Source of the DNA: Patescibacteria group bacterium
Lineage (GTDB): Bacteria; Patescibacteriota; Minisyncoccia; Phycocordibacterales; CAIZLB01
Assembly: GCA_040384865.1 (NCBI GenBank)
Contig: JAZKIM010000006.1
Coordinates: 988-64,987 of the forward strand
Direction of reading: 5' to 3'
DNA: 64,000 nucleotides
Position 1 is the first letter of the stretch. Each line of letters begins with the position of its first letter. This document shows, piece by piece, positions 1 to 9,972 of the stretch. The notes beneath the pieces are model-generated. The model was not told where the DNA came from. It worked only from the letters and a program-made list of their open reading frames with translations, and searched no databases. A program made the translations under genes and the position numbers.

Positions 1-350
1 GCCCACCGCGTCACCTTGAGAAGTGACATTGCGGTGGTTGTCATACAGACAGCGCTACCAATTTAATGATTGCTCATTATTTCTATAGAACCATCTGCTG
101 ACCCCTACCCTCGGCGTTGAAAAGACCAAATGAACAATCTCTTGGTTTGTGCTTTCGCACTCGCCGTAGATTGGTTCATACCGGAGTAGGATTAAATTAT
201 CAAATTGCAGTCGTTCGGTATTCGTCTTTTGAAAGTTTTAGCGGCATTCTCTTAACGAGAAGACCGCTCTTTCGAGCGGTCTTCTCAAATACCCCTTTGA
301 CAGGGTTATTAGAGTTCCGCTTTAAGACGAGTCAACATATTGGACGTGGT
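1..350 (-). ncRNA. Putative long structured non-coding leader/RNA running off the window edge (possibly an rRNA operon leader)
   Basis: No credible ORF. Multiple hairpins, including a 13-bp stem at 257-286 and a short stem at 149-160, both with GAAA tetraloops on the minus strand. Lies downstream of a consensus promoter. Confidence 0.5.
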
Positions 351-354
351 GGTT

Positions 355-382
355 ATTATACAGACGGCGGAGGTGTTGTCAA
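355..382 (-). promoter_or_regulatory. Consensus sigma70 promoter TTGACA-N16-TATAAT
   Basis: Minus strand reads ttgaca acacctccgccgtctg tataat. Confidence 0.75.
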
Positions 383-493
383 CTTGCATATAACGGCTTG
401 AAATATGAACATACTGATTAACCTCAGATTGACCCTTTTTAAACACAAAACCCGCTCTCGCGGGCTTTGTGAAAACAGAAATTTTAAAGAAAA

Positions 494-1186
494 TTACTGT
501 CTGTGTGTATACACCTCATTCTCAGCCTTCTGGATGAGTCTAGCTGCAGCGTCTCGGCCACCGAGACCAAAAGCGAGGCCAAAAGCCAAAGCGAACGCTA
601 CTACGATACCCATGAGCACGGTCTGAAAGAATGCTGGGGCAATATCCAACTGAAGGAACGCAGCGAAGACAGCGAAGACAATAATAGCCGCCTTTGCAAT
701 AGTTCCAAGAGCTTTTGCAGAATGAATATTTGCAGCAGCTGCACTTGCAGAAACAACCTTCTTAACCGCATCAGCAATAACGATCGATACCACAAGGATA
801 AGGACAGCAATGATAACGCGAGGTAAGTAACTTACAATAATAGTCTGGAGGAACAATGTCACTGGTTCAAGGCCCAGCACCTGCAAAGATGCGAGGAAGA
901 ACACAGCAATAATAAACCACTTAATTAAACCGCCAATGAATGCACCTGAATTCAAGGTGATACCACCTCGATGAAGAGCACTTTCAACACCAGCCTGTCT
1001 AAGAGCTGTATCTACTTTTGCTGTCTGAAACAATTTCTCGATGAGTGTACCGACAAGTGAACCAACCACCCATCCGATGATAAAGATGACGATGGCTACA
1101 AGAAGCGCAACGCCGAGCTGAATGACGCCGGGCCAAAGCGTAAGGAATGAATCACCGATCGCTTGACCCCAAGTGTTAAAAATCAT
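494..1186 (-). CDS. TM-helix repeat membrane protein (CmpX / small mechanosensitive channel-associated family)
   Basis: Hydrophobic helices; repeated 'LPRVIIAVLILVV'-type motif; C-terminal 'AFGLAFGLGGRD'. Confidence 0.8.
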   Translation of the reverse strand: MIFNTWGQAIGDSFLTLWPGVIQLGVALLVAIVIFIIGWVVGSLVGTLIEKLFQTAKVDTALRQAGVESALHRGGITLNSGAFIGGLIKWFIIAVFFLASLQVLGLEPVTLFLQTIIVSYLPRVIIAVLILVVSIVIADAVKKVVSASAAAANIHSAKALGTIAKAAIIVFAVFAAFLQLDIAPAFFQTVLMGIVVAFALAFGLAFGLGGRDAAARLIQKAENEVYTHRQ

Positions 1187-1302
1187 ATCGAATATTAAGG
1201 TTATAACCAGTAAGGGCGACGTCCCTCACCTTGGCTTAATTGTATCACGACGGTATTAATTGTTTATTAATATCCACCTCATTAAGAAAGGGCTGTTTTT
1301 GC

Positions 1303-1884
1303 TTAAAAAATGTTCAACCTATCAAGAGCAACCTCGTGAGGATAGTCCAAAACGTCACGAATAAGGCGATCTCCAATGCTTAGACGATATTTAAAATCCT
1401 CAGAATCAAGGACGGCATAGCGAATCTCCTTCCCTATCTCAGCTTCAATGGTGGACATTACAGATTCCACAGCACCTTTTTTAGCATTATCAGTAACCAC
1501 AAGCATATCCAAACGATTCTCATCCCATTGCTCCTTAAAAAGTCCCGAGAGAATAAGAAGCTTTGGCCGTCCAAACTTAGAAAGGCGCTTAATGATTGTA
1601 TTCGGAGTAATAAGACTGGTTTGCAAAAGGAGACGCTGGAATTCATAAAGGTAAGGAAAACTTTCGTTCAGGTGCCAAACACTTCGTCCTCCAGGACCAG
1701 CCCTTTTTTTTGCAAGCCCGACCTTAACAAGAAAAGTGAGCTCTCGTCGCATTCGAGCAACGTCCACTTTTGCACGAGTAGAAATTTCCTCGGAATTAAA
1801 AGCTGACTTTGGATTAAACAAAAAAAGCCGCATCAGTTTTACACGGGGAGCTCCACCGAATATCTTCTCGAGTGTGTCATTCAT
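1303..1884 (-). CDS. CPR-type winged-HTH protein with C-terminal nucleotidyltransferase-like fold
   Basis: N-terminal 'LEKIFGGAPRVKLMRLFLFNP...RRELTFL' HTH; C-terminal 'ILSGLF...DMLVV' minimal-NTase-like motif. Confidence 0.65.
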   Translation of the reverse strand: MNDTLEKIFGGAPRVKLMRLFLFNPKSAFNSEEISTRAKVDVARMRRELTFLVKVGLAKKRAGPGGRSVWHLNESFPYLYEFQRLLLQTSLITPNTIIKRLSKFGRPKLLILSGLFKEQWDENRLDMLVVTDNAKKGAVESVMSTIEAEIGKEIRYAVLDSEDFKYRLSIGDRLIRDVLDYPHEVALDRLNIF

Positions 1885-1964
1885 GTATTCAATGTATCAG
1901 TTTTTGGACCTTTATGAAAGTGAATGTCGCGGACGCTTACGCGCCCGCGACATAATACTGTCCA

Positions 1965-3005
1965 CTATTTCTGCATCGCCTGAAACACAGCCTTCGCAGC
2001 CCCGCTCCGAAGAAGCTCCTGGGCATACCTCACGCCATCAAACCATGAATCAACGACCTCTCCGAGATATAAACCGATTCCAGCATTCAGAAGTATGGTA
2101 TCCGTAACCGGCCCAGAAGCCCCATCTAGAACTGCTCGAATACGCATAGCGCTTTGAAAACTATTCTCGACACAAAGATGCTGTCGAGAAGAGGGTCTCA
2201 TGCCAACGCTGGGTAAATCAGAAGTCCAAAGTTCATGTTTCTTGTTGACCACAGAGGATCCACCGACAGAAAACACAAACTCATACGCCTCGCCTTTTCC
2301 TTCAAGGGTTATCTCGTCGACCCCGCCATGGCCAATCAAAATAATTATATGTCTGCCTCCTAATTCCTGAGCGGCTCTGGAAACTTGCTCTAGTGCCTTA
2401 TATCCAGTAACACCGACCAGTTGAACAGCTATGCCTAGCGGGTTCGCAAGAGGAAGAGCAAGATTGAAGATGGTGCTGCCTCCAATTTCTTTTCGGATAC
2501 GATTTATCCGACCAAGCGTTGGGTGAAAAGCAGGCGCGCTCATAAAGCAAACCCGATACCTTTCAAGATCTTCCAAGGCTTCCTGAAGGTTTTCCGCTGT
2601 CCGTACACCGAGCTCACGAAGCACATCGAGACTTCCGGACGTGCCGCTTGACGATCCCCCGCAATGTTTTGCTACAGGCAGACAATTCTCAGCCGCAGCC
2701 AGTATGAAAGCGGTTGCTGTTGAAATATTCACCGTACTAGCACCATCAGACCCGGTACCACAAATATCCATCAAATCCGGGCGAATACTCCTTTGCGGAT
2801 AACCGCCGACAGATCTAACTGCCAGCACCGTACCAACGACTTCAAGGAATGTTTCTTTTTTCATCTGCAGCGCCATGAGAATAGCTCCTATCAAGGAGTC
2901 GGGGATACTCGAATCAGTGAGAAGCAGTGAGAATAATTCTTCCGCCTCCCTAGCTGACAAATTTGTTCCCTTTCTAATCTTTGCAAGTTCTTGTTTAAGA
3001 TTCAT
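1965..3005 (-). CDS. trpD: Anthranilate phosphoribosyltransferase family protein (orphan, divergent)
   Basis: DICGTGSDG, NISTA, KH, R..IG..TIFN..P..NP and DEI motifs. Confidence 0.8.
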   Translation of the reverse strand: MNLKQELAKIRKGTNLSAREAEELFSLLLTDSSIPDSLIGAILMALQMKKETFLEVVGTVLAVRSVGGYPQRSIRPDLMDICGTGSDGASTVNISTATAFILAAAENCLPVAKHCGGSSSGTSGSLDVLRELGVRTAENLQEALEDLERYRVCFMSAPAFHPTLGRINRIRKEIGGSTIFNLALPLANPLGIAVQLVGVTGYKALEQVSRAAQELGGRHIIILIGHGGVDEITLEGKGEAYEFVFSVGGSSVVNKKHELWTSDLPSVGMRPSSRQHLCVENSFQSAMRIRAVLDGASGPVTDTILLNAGIGLYLGEVVDSWFDGVRYAQELLRSGAAKAVFQAMQK

Positions 3006-3102
3006 GATGTGAGGTTCTATTGGTTGAGGTTGAAATCTACCGTTACCCTACCACACTCATAACTTCCGTACAAAACCAATCTTAGATTGGAACAATACAA
3101 AC

Positions 3103-3130
3103 AAAAAAGACCCCTTTCGGGGTCATTTTT
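3103..3130 (-). terminator. Intrinsic terminator after rplL
   Basis: gacccc-tttc-ggggtc hairpin flanked by A/T tracts. Confidence 0.75.
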
Positions 3131-3139
3131 GTTTGTATA

Positions 3140-3544
3140 TTATTTCAACTCAGCCTTTCCACCAGCAGTGTCAATTGCTGCCTTCAAAGCATCAGCTTCT
3201 TCTTTCTTCATTCCTTCTTTAAGAACTGAAGGTGCTGCATCAACGAGATCCTTTGCTTCCTTGAGACCAAGACCTAGGACTTCTTTGACTACCTTGATGA
3301 TAGCGATCTTGTTCGCACCAGCATCAGTTAGGTGAACATTGAAACTTGTCTTCTCTTCGGCTGCAGGGCCAGCAGCAGGGCCAGCCACTGCAACAGCAGC
3401 TGCTGATACGCCGAATTTCTTTTCAAGAAACTTCACAAGTTCATGAAGTTCAATAACTGTCATTTTCTCAATAGACTCAACGAGAGTCTTAAAATGAGAT
3501 GGTGTTTCAACAACTTCCGTTGTTGTATTCTGTTCGTCTGTCAT
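3140..3544 (-). CDS. rplL: 50S ribosomal protein L7/L12
   Basis: EEKTSFNV...[24 protein letters not shown]. Confidence 0.97.
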   Translation of the reverse strand: MTDEQNTTTEVVETPSHFKTLVESIEKMTVIELHELVKFLEKKFGVSAAAVAVAGPAAGPAAEEKTSFNVHLTDAGANKIAIIKVVKEVLGLGLKEAKDLVDAAPSVLKEGMKKEEADALKAAIDTAGGKAELK

Positions 3545-3584
3545 AAATTTAATTAATTATTTTAAACCGATTAATGTTACTGTC

Positions 3585-4073
3585 TTAAGCCTTCTTCTCT
3601 GCAATAGCATTGAGCGCCAATACCAATCCTTGAATAGGTGAGTTGATAAGATTGACGAATTGAGCATGGAGCGTCTTCTGAGAAGGGATGGAAGCAATTG
3701 TAATCATTTCCTCCATAGTCTTGTACGCACCGTCGAAGATTCCACCGAGAATTGATACGCGACCATCGAGTTTCTTTTGAAAGTCATAAATCTCTCGAGC
3801 AGGAGCGATGATGTCAGCACCATAAACGAGTGCGAGTTCACCGACAAGCGCTGGCATTTCGCCAGCATAGCCACCTTCGTTCAAAGCTCGCTTAGCGAGA
3901 GTCTTCTTTGCAACAAAGTAACCAAGATCTTTCGATCGAAGTTCCTTTCGAATGCTTGTAGTCTCAGAAACTGGAAGTTTGTGAAAATTTACAAACACTA
4001 CAGTCTTTGCTTTTGAAAGAACATCCTTCACTGCAGATACGATTTCACTTTTCTTTGCCTTGTTAATAGCCAT
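3585..4073 (-). CDS. rplJ: 50S ribosomal protein L10
   Basis: Upstream of rplL; 'IRKELR...VAKKTL' and 'IASIPS...FVNLINSP'. Confidence 0.95.
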   Translation of the reverse strand: MAINKAKKSEIVSAVKDVLSKAKTVVFVNFHKLPVSETTSIRKELRSKDLGYFVAKKTLAKRALNEGGYAGEMPALVGELALVYGADIIAPAREIYDFQKKLDGRVSILGGIFDGAYKTMEEMITIASIPSQKTLHAQFVNLINSPIQGLVLALNAIAEKKA

Positions 4074-4104
4074 AGTGATTTATATAAGGTTCTGTTATTT
4101 TTTT

Positions 4105-4250
4105 TGTTTTCGACCGGGCCTGAATGACGAAGCCCGCACTTTCGTACGGACTTCAAAGGAGGGTTGGAACAACGTAGGACAGGCAAGTGCCTATCCTTCC
4201 CTATTCCGACCTCTGCACAGGGCTTATTGCTGCCTGTGGTCTTTGAAGCC
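4105..4250 (-). promoter_or_regulatory. L10 leader (rplJL autoregulatory RNA)
   Basis: Minus strand 'aaagaccacagg...ccctgtgcagaggtc' resembles the L10-leader kink-turn core, in the 5' UTR of rplJ. Confidence 0.6.
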
Positions 4251-4269
4251 TTAGGCAGAGATTAACACA

Positions 4270-7200
4270 CTAGGCAGATTCTGCCAAGGCCGAAAAGATC
4301 GTGTTAAGCCTTTGGAACTGGTAGTACAAAATGGTTGTATCCTGAACAATTGGCTCAACCAACTTCTTTATTTTTATTTTCTTTTGCATAAAGTTGTAGA
4401 CTTTCATAGCAGTAGCTAAATTACGTGTAATTCTTACTGTTTCCTTGTAAGCTTTTTCAACACCTCCCTTTTGGATCGTCTTCTGTATTAGATCAAGTTC
4501 ACGAATGTATTTATCTCGTATATGTTTAATTTGAACTTGAGACACTATTACCGCCCTCGCTAAAGTAATTGCGGTGGTTGAATCCAATTCAGAGGATTGC
4601 GAATCTGGAAAAAGCTCTTCATCTTTAAAACCATCGGCGTTGTAATCGATTGTCATAAGACTTGAGGAGGCGGGGATAAATTCAGCTGTCATTCCTTCAA
4701 TCGTTGGCACATTGGAATATTCCATTTTTGATATGACATTATCGCCTTGAAATTCTGTAGCTGTGAATCTAAAAATTCCCGTATCGAGTCCTGTTAGCAC
4801 AATCTTTGCTGGCAACGTTGAAGTGATAATTGTCTTGGCTTCACCGAAATTATCATACTGGCTGTTAGGAATCTCCTGTAATACAAAACCAATTTGATCT
4901 TCAACTGCCTCTTTTACGAGCCCTGTTCGTTTTCCGTCTTGGTCATAGGCCATTATAGCGACAGGTGAATGAACTGAGAATTCATAGCGTTTCCGGGGAT
5001 CATCTGTCATTGACTGCTTACTAACAAAGGGCGGTAATTTTGACAATTCACCACGCAATATTGAAACTATCATTTGTTGAATTACAGGGATACTCATCAT
5101 ATTAGAGTGCTGATAGTTTTGTTTTGTCTCCAGGTTAAGAGCAGAAATATCAACAGCATACACGTCACCGCTTCTAATACTCAGCTCTCCTGCCAACACC
5201 ACTCCGTCGCCATCAGCAGAATAAACCCTTGTACGATCAATTTTAGTTTTGTCTCCTTTCTTTGTATATCGATATGATATTCCTGTTGTCGTATTTCTTC
5301 CCACCCCCACAATATTAGTTACACCCACCAAACCAGATAACGAAGATGATTGAAAAAGTCCATCCATACTCTGATGAAAGTTTTCAGACCTTACCAGCAA
5401 ACCGCTGTTAAGGACGCTCGGCTGATCAATACTTTTAGTATCCACACGATCTCCTTTTGAAGCTACGAGAAAGTTCTCCAACTGAATACGATCGGTAATT
5501 GTATTGCCGTACTTTGAGGCGGGACTCAAGGCAGGATCTGAGTCGGCTGTAAAAGTAATGACAGGAGGGCTTGATGAACCAAAATACTTTTGGGAAGGCA
5601 AAAGAGAATATGCGGCTGACATATTTTTCGACAAATCACGTGCGGTAGATTTGCTAAGAATGAGCCCTCCTAAAATACTCTGGCCGTCACCGTGAAGCAT
5701 GTCTCCAACGGCCTGTGGTGTTCCATATTCAGGTGCTCCAACCATGATCAAACGATCAACCAAACTCCCCTTCCCTTTATCAAAAAGATTTTTAATAAAA
5801 GTCTTGGCTACCAACCCTCCATTACTATGGGTCAGTATGGAAACCTTCCCTGTCTTTGAATTATTTACCAGACTGTTAAACAATATCTCTAGGGAAGTGG
5901 TAGCATTCTTTTCAAGCATTATCTGCCTGTTTGCAACTTCATCAGGGTTACCCCTCCAATCATACGGAGCGGCTGTCCATGCGGCAATCATACTCTGAGA
6001 CACAAGGCTCGCAAGAAAATTGCTTATCCCATCGTACACACCCACATCGAACAATCCCCCAGACAAATTTGTCTTTCTTATAACGTCACGAGTATAAACA
6101 TTCTTTTCTATACTGTTACCATTCGAGTCGAGAAATAGTTTTTTAACATCAGCATTTGTGTTAGGTTCCCACAACTGGTTCTCAGTCCAATTCCTTACAT
6201 AAAGTCTACTCGCTTCAATGCCAGGGATAAACAGGATGCTCGAACAACAGATAATGGCATTAGGTTTTTCTATAAGCCACGGTATAAACACAACATCATC
6301 AGTGACAATTTGCCCTGTTCCTGCTGGATTTGTTTTCTTGTTGTATGGACCATTGGCACTCCCCCACCAATTTTTCGAAGCGGTTACAGGGCCTCCATAA
6401 GCGATCATTCCATAAGATTTATTCTCTTCAATACTACTATTCATTATAGTAGTTGATGAGTTATATGATTCAACACCAATATCATTTCTTTCAAACAAAC
6501 TATTTCTTATATCCACCCCTCCGTTTGAATGCGCTAATAAGCCACTGGCCTTACTGTCAGTGATTGAAACTCCATCAAGGATTACGGATGCACCATTAAA
6601 AACTTCAACTCCTACGGAGGGAGATTGAAGAAACGTCGAGGCAGAAATAGACATACTAGTTTTACCCTGAGAATTCCATCCATCAAAAATACTAATAGCG
6701 GCTTTATATCCAGACTTCTGAAAAGATGTCTGTCTTATGTCTCCATGAGAGTTGTTGTATATATCTAATACGTGAGGAGTGTTAACTCCTGAGAATAAAT
6801 TGTCAGCGAGAGAAATAGTACTACCGCTGTATACGATCATATATGATCTACTCCCTTGTATGTTTTCAAAATGCGAGTGAACTATCTCCACCTTCCCTCC
6901 GATAGACTCAATTATAGGCCCCTCACCTGTTGCGTTAGTGAATTGCATGTATAAATTTCCACCCACAATATTCATGGGCGCTAAAAGTTTCCTAGGATTT
7001 ACGAGCTCAATTGAAATTTGCCTCGAAGATGTGCCTTGAAATTTTAATGTTCCGCTTACTTTAATTTGTCCTCCGTCAAATCGAATCGTTGTTCCCTCTT
7101 CAACAACTATCTCTCTTCCGAGTGGAATATAAATATCTGCCGCTGATACTGTATACGGACCGTTCTCAGCTGTGATATATGAATGCTCGTTAATAAACAA

Positions 7201-7287
7201 CTGAGTTATTTCTGTCTCAGCATAGATAAGACGCGGCAAACTAACGATGAATAAACTAATAAAGAAAACTATGGTCTTTGATTTCAT
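4270..7287 (-). CDS. Secreted protein: right-handed beta-helix plus alpha/beta-hydrolase (lipase/LCAT-like)
   Basis: Signal peptide; beta-helix repeats ending NWWGSANGP; 'ILFIPGIEASRL', 'PYDWR', 'THSNGG' nucleophile elbow, 'GAPEYGTP', 'DGDGVV'. Confidence 0.75.
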   Translation of the reverse strand: MKSKTIVFFISLFIVSLPRLIYAETEITQLFINEHSYITAENGPYTVSAADIYIPLGREIVVEEGTTIRFDGGQIKVSGTLKFQGTSSRQISIELVNPRKLLAPMNIVGGNLYMQFTNATGEGPIIESIGGKVEIVHSHFENIQGSRSYMIVYSGSTISLADNLFSGVNTPHVLDIYNNSHGDIRQTSFQKSGYKAAISIFDGWNSQGKTSMSISASTFLQSPSVGVEVFNGASVILDGVSITDSKASGLLAHSNGGVDIRNSLFERNDIGVESYNSSTTIMNSSIEENKSYGMIAYGGPVTASKNWWGSANGPYNKKTNPAGTGQIVTDDVVFIPWLIEKPNAIICCSSILFIPGIEASRLYVRNWTENQLWEPNTNADVKKLFLDSNGNSIEKNVYTRDVIRKTNLSGGLFDVGVYDGISNFLASLVSQSMIAAWTAAPYDWRGNPDEVANRQIMLEKNATTSLEILFNSLVNNSKTGKVSILTHSNGGLVAKTFIKNLFDKGKGSLVDRLIMVGAPEYGTPQAVGDMLHGDGQSILGGLILSKSTARDLSKNMSAAYSLLPSQKYFGSSSPPVITFTADSDPALSPASKYGNTITDRIQLENFLVASKGDRVDTKSIDQPSVLNSGLLVRSENFHQSMDGLFQSSSLSGLVGVTNIVGVGRNTTTGISYRYTKKGDKTKIDRTRVYSADGDGVVLAGELSIRSGDVYAVDISALNLETKQNYQHSNMMSIPVIQQMIVSILRGELSKLPPFVSKQSMTDDPRKRYEFSVHSPVAIMAYDQDGKRTGLVKEAVEDQIGFVLQEIPNSQYDNFGEAKTIITSTLPAKIVLTGLDTGIFRFTATEFQGDNVISKMEYSNVPTIEGMTAEFIPASSSLMTIDYNADGFKDEELFPDSQSSELDSTTAITLARAVIVSQVQIKHIRDKYIRELDLIQKTIQKGGVEKAYKETVRITRNLATAMKVYNFMQKKIKIKKLVEPIVQDTTILYYQFQRLNTIFSALAESA

Positions 7288-7574
7288 GTGACCATTATCC
7301 GCGCAGCCTATTAAACAAAGTTCAAAAAAATATCAAAGGAAACCTATCTCAAATGAAAGTAACTAGTGGTAAACAGGACGACAAACCCCGCAATCAAAAT
7401 TCCAAGGAAACCACATATTAATTTGAAGGATGTTTTATCGAGCATGTTAATGTCCTAATTTTATACTAAATAACCAAAACAAAAAGCCCACCCCTTGCGG
7501 AGTGGACTTTTTGTCTAGTGTTACCTAGTACCTAGATCAGTCGTGTGACTGATGAATCTAGACTACAGAATTGC

Positions 7575-9428
7575 TTACTTAATGAAGTTAGCAGCTGCTG
7601 ATGTCTTGAAATCATCTAGACCCCATGTCTGAAGCTGTGTATTTGCGTCAACTGTCCATCCAATTGCTACGACAGCAGCATTGTAGAGACCACTCTGAGG
7701 TACAGAAGCTGAAGGCAACTGTGCTGTCAAAGTAACCTGTGCTGTTGAACCATCAGCGATAGCATTGTTAGGAATCGTTACAACGCTCTTTGTGACGCCT
7801 ACAGATGTAGCATCAGCTGAAGTTGTACCGAACTTAACTGTGAAGTCGCTAGATGAAGCCTGGAGCATTGTTCCACCAAGAGCTGTTACGTTGAATGTGA
7901 ATGTAGCAACGAGAGCTGTTGATGATCCAGATGTATTTGTTCCAGAGATCGCAATTGTAGGTGTGCTAGCAAGTACAAACTGAGCAACGTCTACGAAGAC
8001 GTACTGGTTTACACCGTTAACCGCTGTAGAAACAGTTGCTGAAGAACCATTTGGCTTTTCGTATACAACTGAAGTTACAGATGTTGATGCGATGTAAGAA
8101 CCTGTAGATGTAGCTGGGAAGCCAATCTTGACAGAGAGTGTCTTTGTAACATCCTGACCAACCGTAACGCTGAGGTTATCGAATGATACTGATGTGCTAC
8201 CAGTCTTAGAGCTCAAGAGTGTTGAACCATCGTACAAGTAGAAAACAAGATCAGATCCGTTAACACCAGTCAAAGAAGATGTCGCGTTAACAGTCAAGAT
8301 CTTTGAAGCGCCAGTTTCTGACTTAACGTTGAAGTTAAGAACAGGGGCAACAACAGAGTCTGTTGTGTTAACTCGGTAGTTCTGTGATCGAAGTGGGCTT
8401 GCAGCTGAAGAGAGTGTCAAAGTAGCTGTACCAGGCTTCTTGAAGGTGTGTGTACGTGTGTACGCAGAACCGTCGATTGAGTAGAAGCTGCTGATGTTGT
8501 TACCTGAAACTGCTCGAACAGATGATGAGCCGTATCCGTCAATAGTCACAACTCGGTCAGAGTCAATTGAGTTTGTGCTGAATGACACTGTAAGAACCTT
8601 TGTTGAATCAACTGGAACCACGAAGTTCAAACCTGAAAGTCGTACGTAGTACACCTGGTTTGAGTCCTTTGTGAATGTTGTTGATGTTACAGGAACTGTA
8701 GCGATAACGTTTGAGCCGTCCCAAACCTTGATCGTGTTGATCAAAGTAGATGGGTTTTCAGCTGAACCGCTAAGCGTTACTGCAACCTGAAGGTCAACAG
8801 TCTGAACTACAGACTGTGCAATCTTACCCTTGAATTCAATACCGTATACAGGAACATCTGTTGATGTCTGAACATTAGCATTGTTTGTAGGAGTAGCTGC
8901 AAGTGAAACTGTCAATGAACCTTCAACTCCAGAAGTTACTGGTGTTGTGTTCGTTGATGAGCAAGGCTGACCAGTTACTGAGTTGTAAGCTGCACCAGCA
9001 GAGCATCCAGGAACTGTTGACTGGCCTGCGCAAGGCTGACCAGTTACTGAGTTGTAGATAGCGCCAGCTGAGCAACCAGGTGTTGAAACGATACCACCAG
9101 CCATGTCAGCCTGTACTGCAGCGCGAGTGATCGCACCGAAGTATCCTGCTGTAGGAGTGATACCCTTCATTGACTGGTAAGCTGATACCGCTGATCGAGT
9201 AAGGGCACCGAAGTATCCCTTAGCTACGCCAGCAGGTATTGTGAGAAGACCCTTAGACTCAAGGAAAGTCTGAAGAGCAACCACGTCTGCACCTCTGCTT
9301 CCAATCGTAAGATTAGAAGAGAAAGTGTAGGCTGAAGTTGTCATGACCTGCGCTGATGTTGCTACTGGAGCAACGATAGTCAACGCGAGAGCAAGAGCAA
9401 CAACAACAGAAACAATTTTCTTTATCAT
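7575..9428 (-). CDS. Peptidoglycan-binding-domain, S/T-rich surface (S-layer-like) protein
   Basis: Signal peptide; 'NLTIGSRGADVVALQTFL...GYFGALTRSAV..YQ' PG-binding domain; two PGCSAGAxYNSVTGQPC repeats; strongly biased codon usage. Confidence 0.8.
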   Translation of the reverse strand: MIKKIVSVVVALALALTIVAPVATSAQVMTTSAYTFSSNLTIGSRGADVVALQTFLESKGLLTIPAGVAKGYFGALTRSAVSAYQSMKGITPTAGYFGAITRAAVQADMAGGIVSTPGCSAGAIYNSVTGQPCAGQSTVPGCSAGAAYNSVTGQPCSSTNTTPVTSGVEGSLTVSLAATPTNNANVQTSTDVPVYGIEFKGKIAQSVVQTVDLQVAVTLSGSAENPSTLINTIKVWDGSNVIATVPVTSTTFTKDSNQVYYVRLSGLNFVVPVDSTKVLTVSFSTNSIDSDRVVTIDGYGSSSVRAVSGNNISSFYSIDGSAYTRTHTFKKPGTATLTLSSAASPLRSQNYRVNTTDSVVAPVLNFNVKSETGASKILTVNATSSLTGVNGSDLVFYLYDGSTLLSSKTGSTSVSFDNLSVTVGQDVTKTLSVKIGFPATSTGSYIASTSVTSVVYEKPNGSSATVSTAVNGVNQYVFVDVAQFVLASTPTIAISGTNTSGSSTALVATFTFNVTALGGTMLQASSSDFTVKFGTTSADATSVGVTKSVVTIPNNAIADGSTAQVTLTAQLPSASVPQSGLYNAAVVAIGWTVDANTQLQTWGLDDFKTSAAANFIK

Positions 9429-9903
9429 ATGTGTTGTAATTTATAATTTAAAAAATATCCTATCCACTTAATTAATAATCATTTAGTAATGTGTGGAATC
9501 AAATACTTTTCGGGTTAATACTGATTTGCGAACCCGTAATGATTCTGGATAGAACATTTCTGTTCCGCCAGCACCATTACGGGTTCGCAATTTTCTATCC
9601 TATCTATGAATTCGTTTTTAACGCGAACGCATACCACTCCCCCGCCTCATATGTTATCGACACGAGGCAAGGAAAAGTTGTTGAGTTTAAGAGGAAGTTC
9701 GGAATGTCTATTCATGAAGGAATAAAGCAGAATTTCTGATATTTTGAAACCATCTATTATATTGTCAAAGTTCGGTCTTTCGGAAATTATAGTACGGGGC
9801 TTATCTTAAACCAAACTTTCGTGTGGATAAGTGCTGCCAAATCAACTGACTTGAAAACAGCCCCGGTCTTTCTGGTGATACACCTAATGACGGCGTACAA
9901 GTG

Positions 9904-9933
9904 AATATATTACAGAAAATAGGCCCTATAGTC
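9904..9933 (-). promoter_or_regulatory. Sigma70-like promoter upstream of the surface-protein gene
   Basis: Minus strand TTGACT-N17-TAATAT. Confidence 0.45.
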
Positions 9934-9972
9934 AACAAAACCTTAATATTGTGTAATTTGTACCCATTCAGC

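Noticed and set aside
117-401. 94-aa plus-strand ORF, and the many short antisense ORFs in the track (e.g. 21550-22119, 60764-61315, 61432-61857)
   Set aside because: They overlap structured RNA, tRNA or well-supported opposite-strand genes and show no recognisable motifs.
8960-9080. Direct repeat inside the surface-protein gene
   Set aside because: It is an in-frame duplication of the PGCSAGAxYNSVTGQPC peptide, i.e. a coding repeat.
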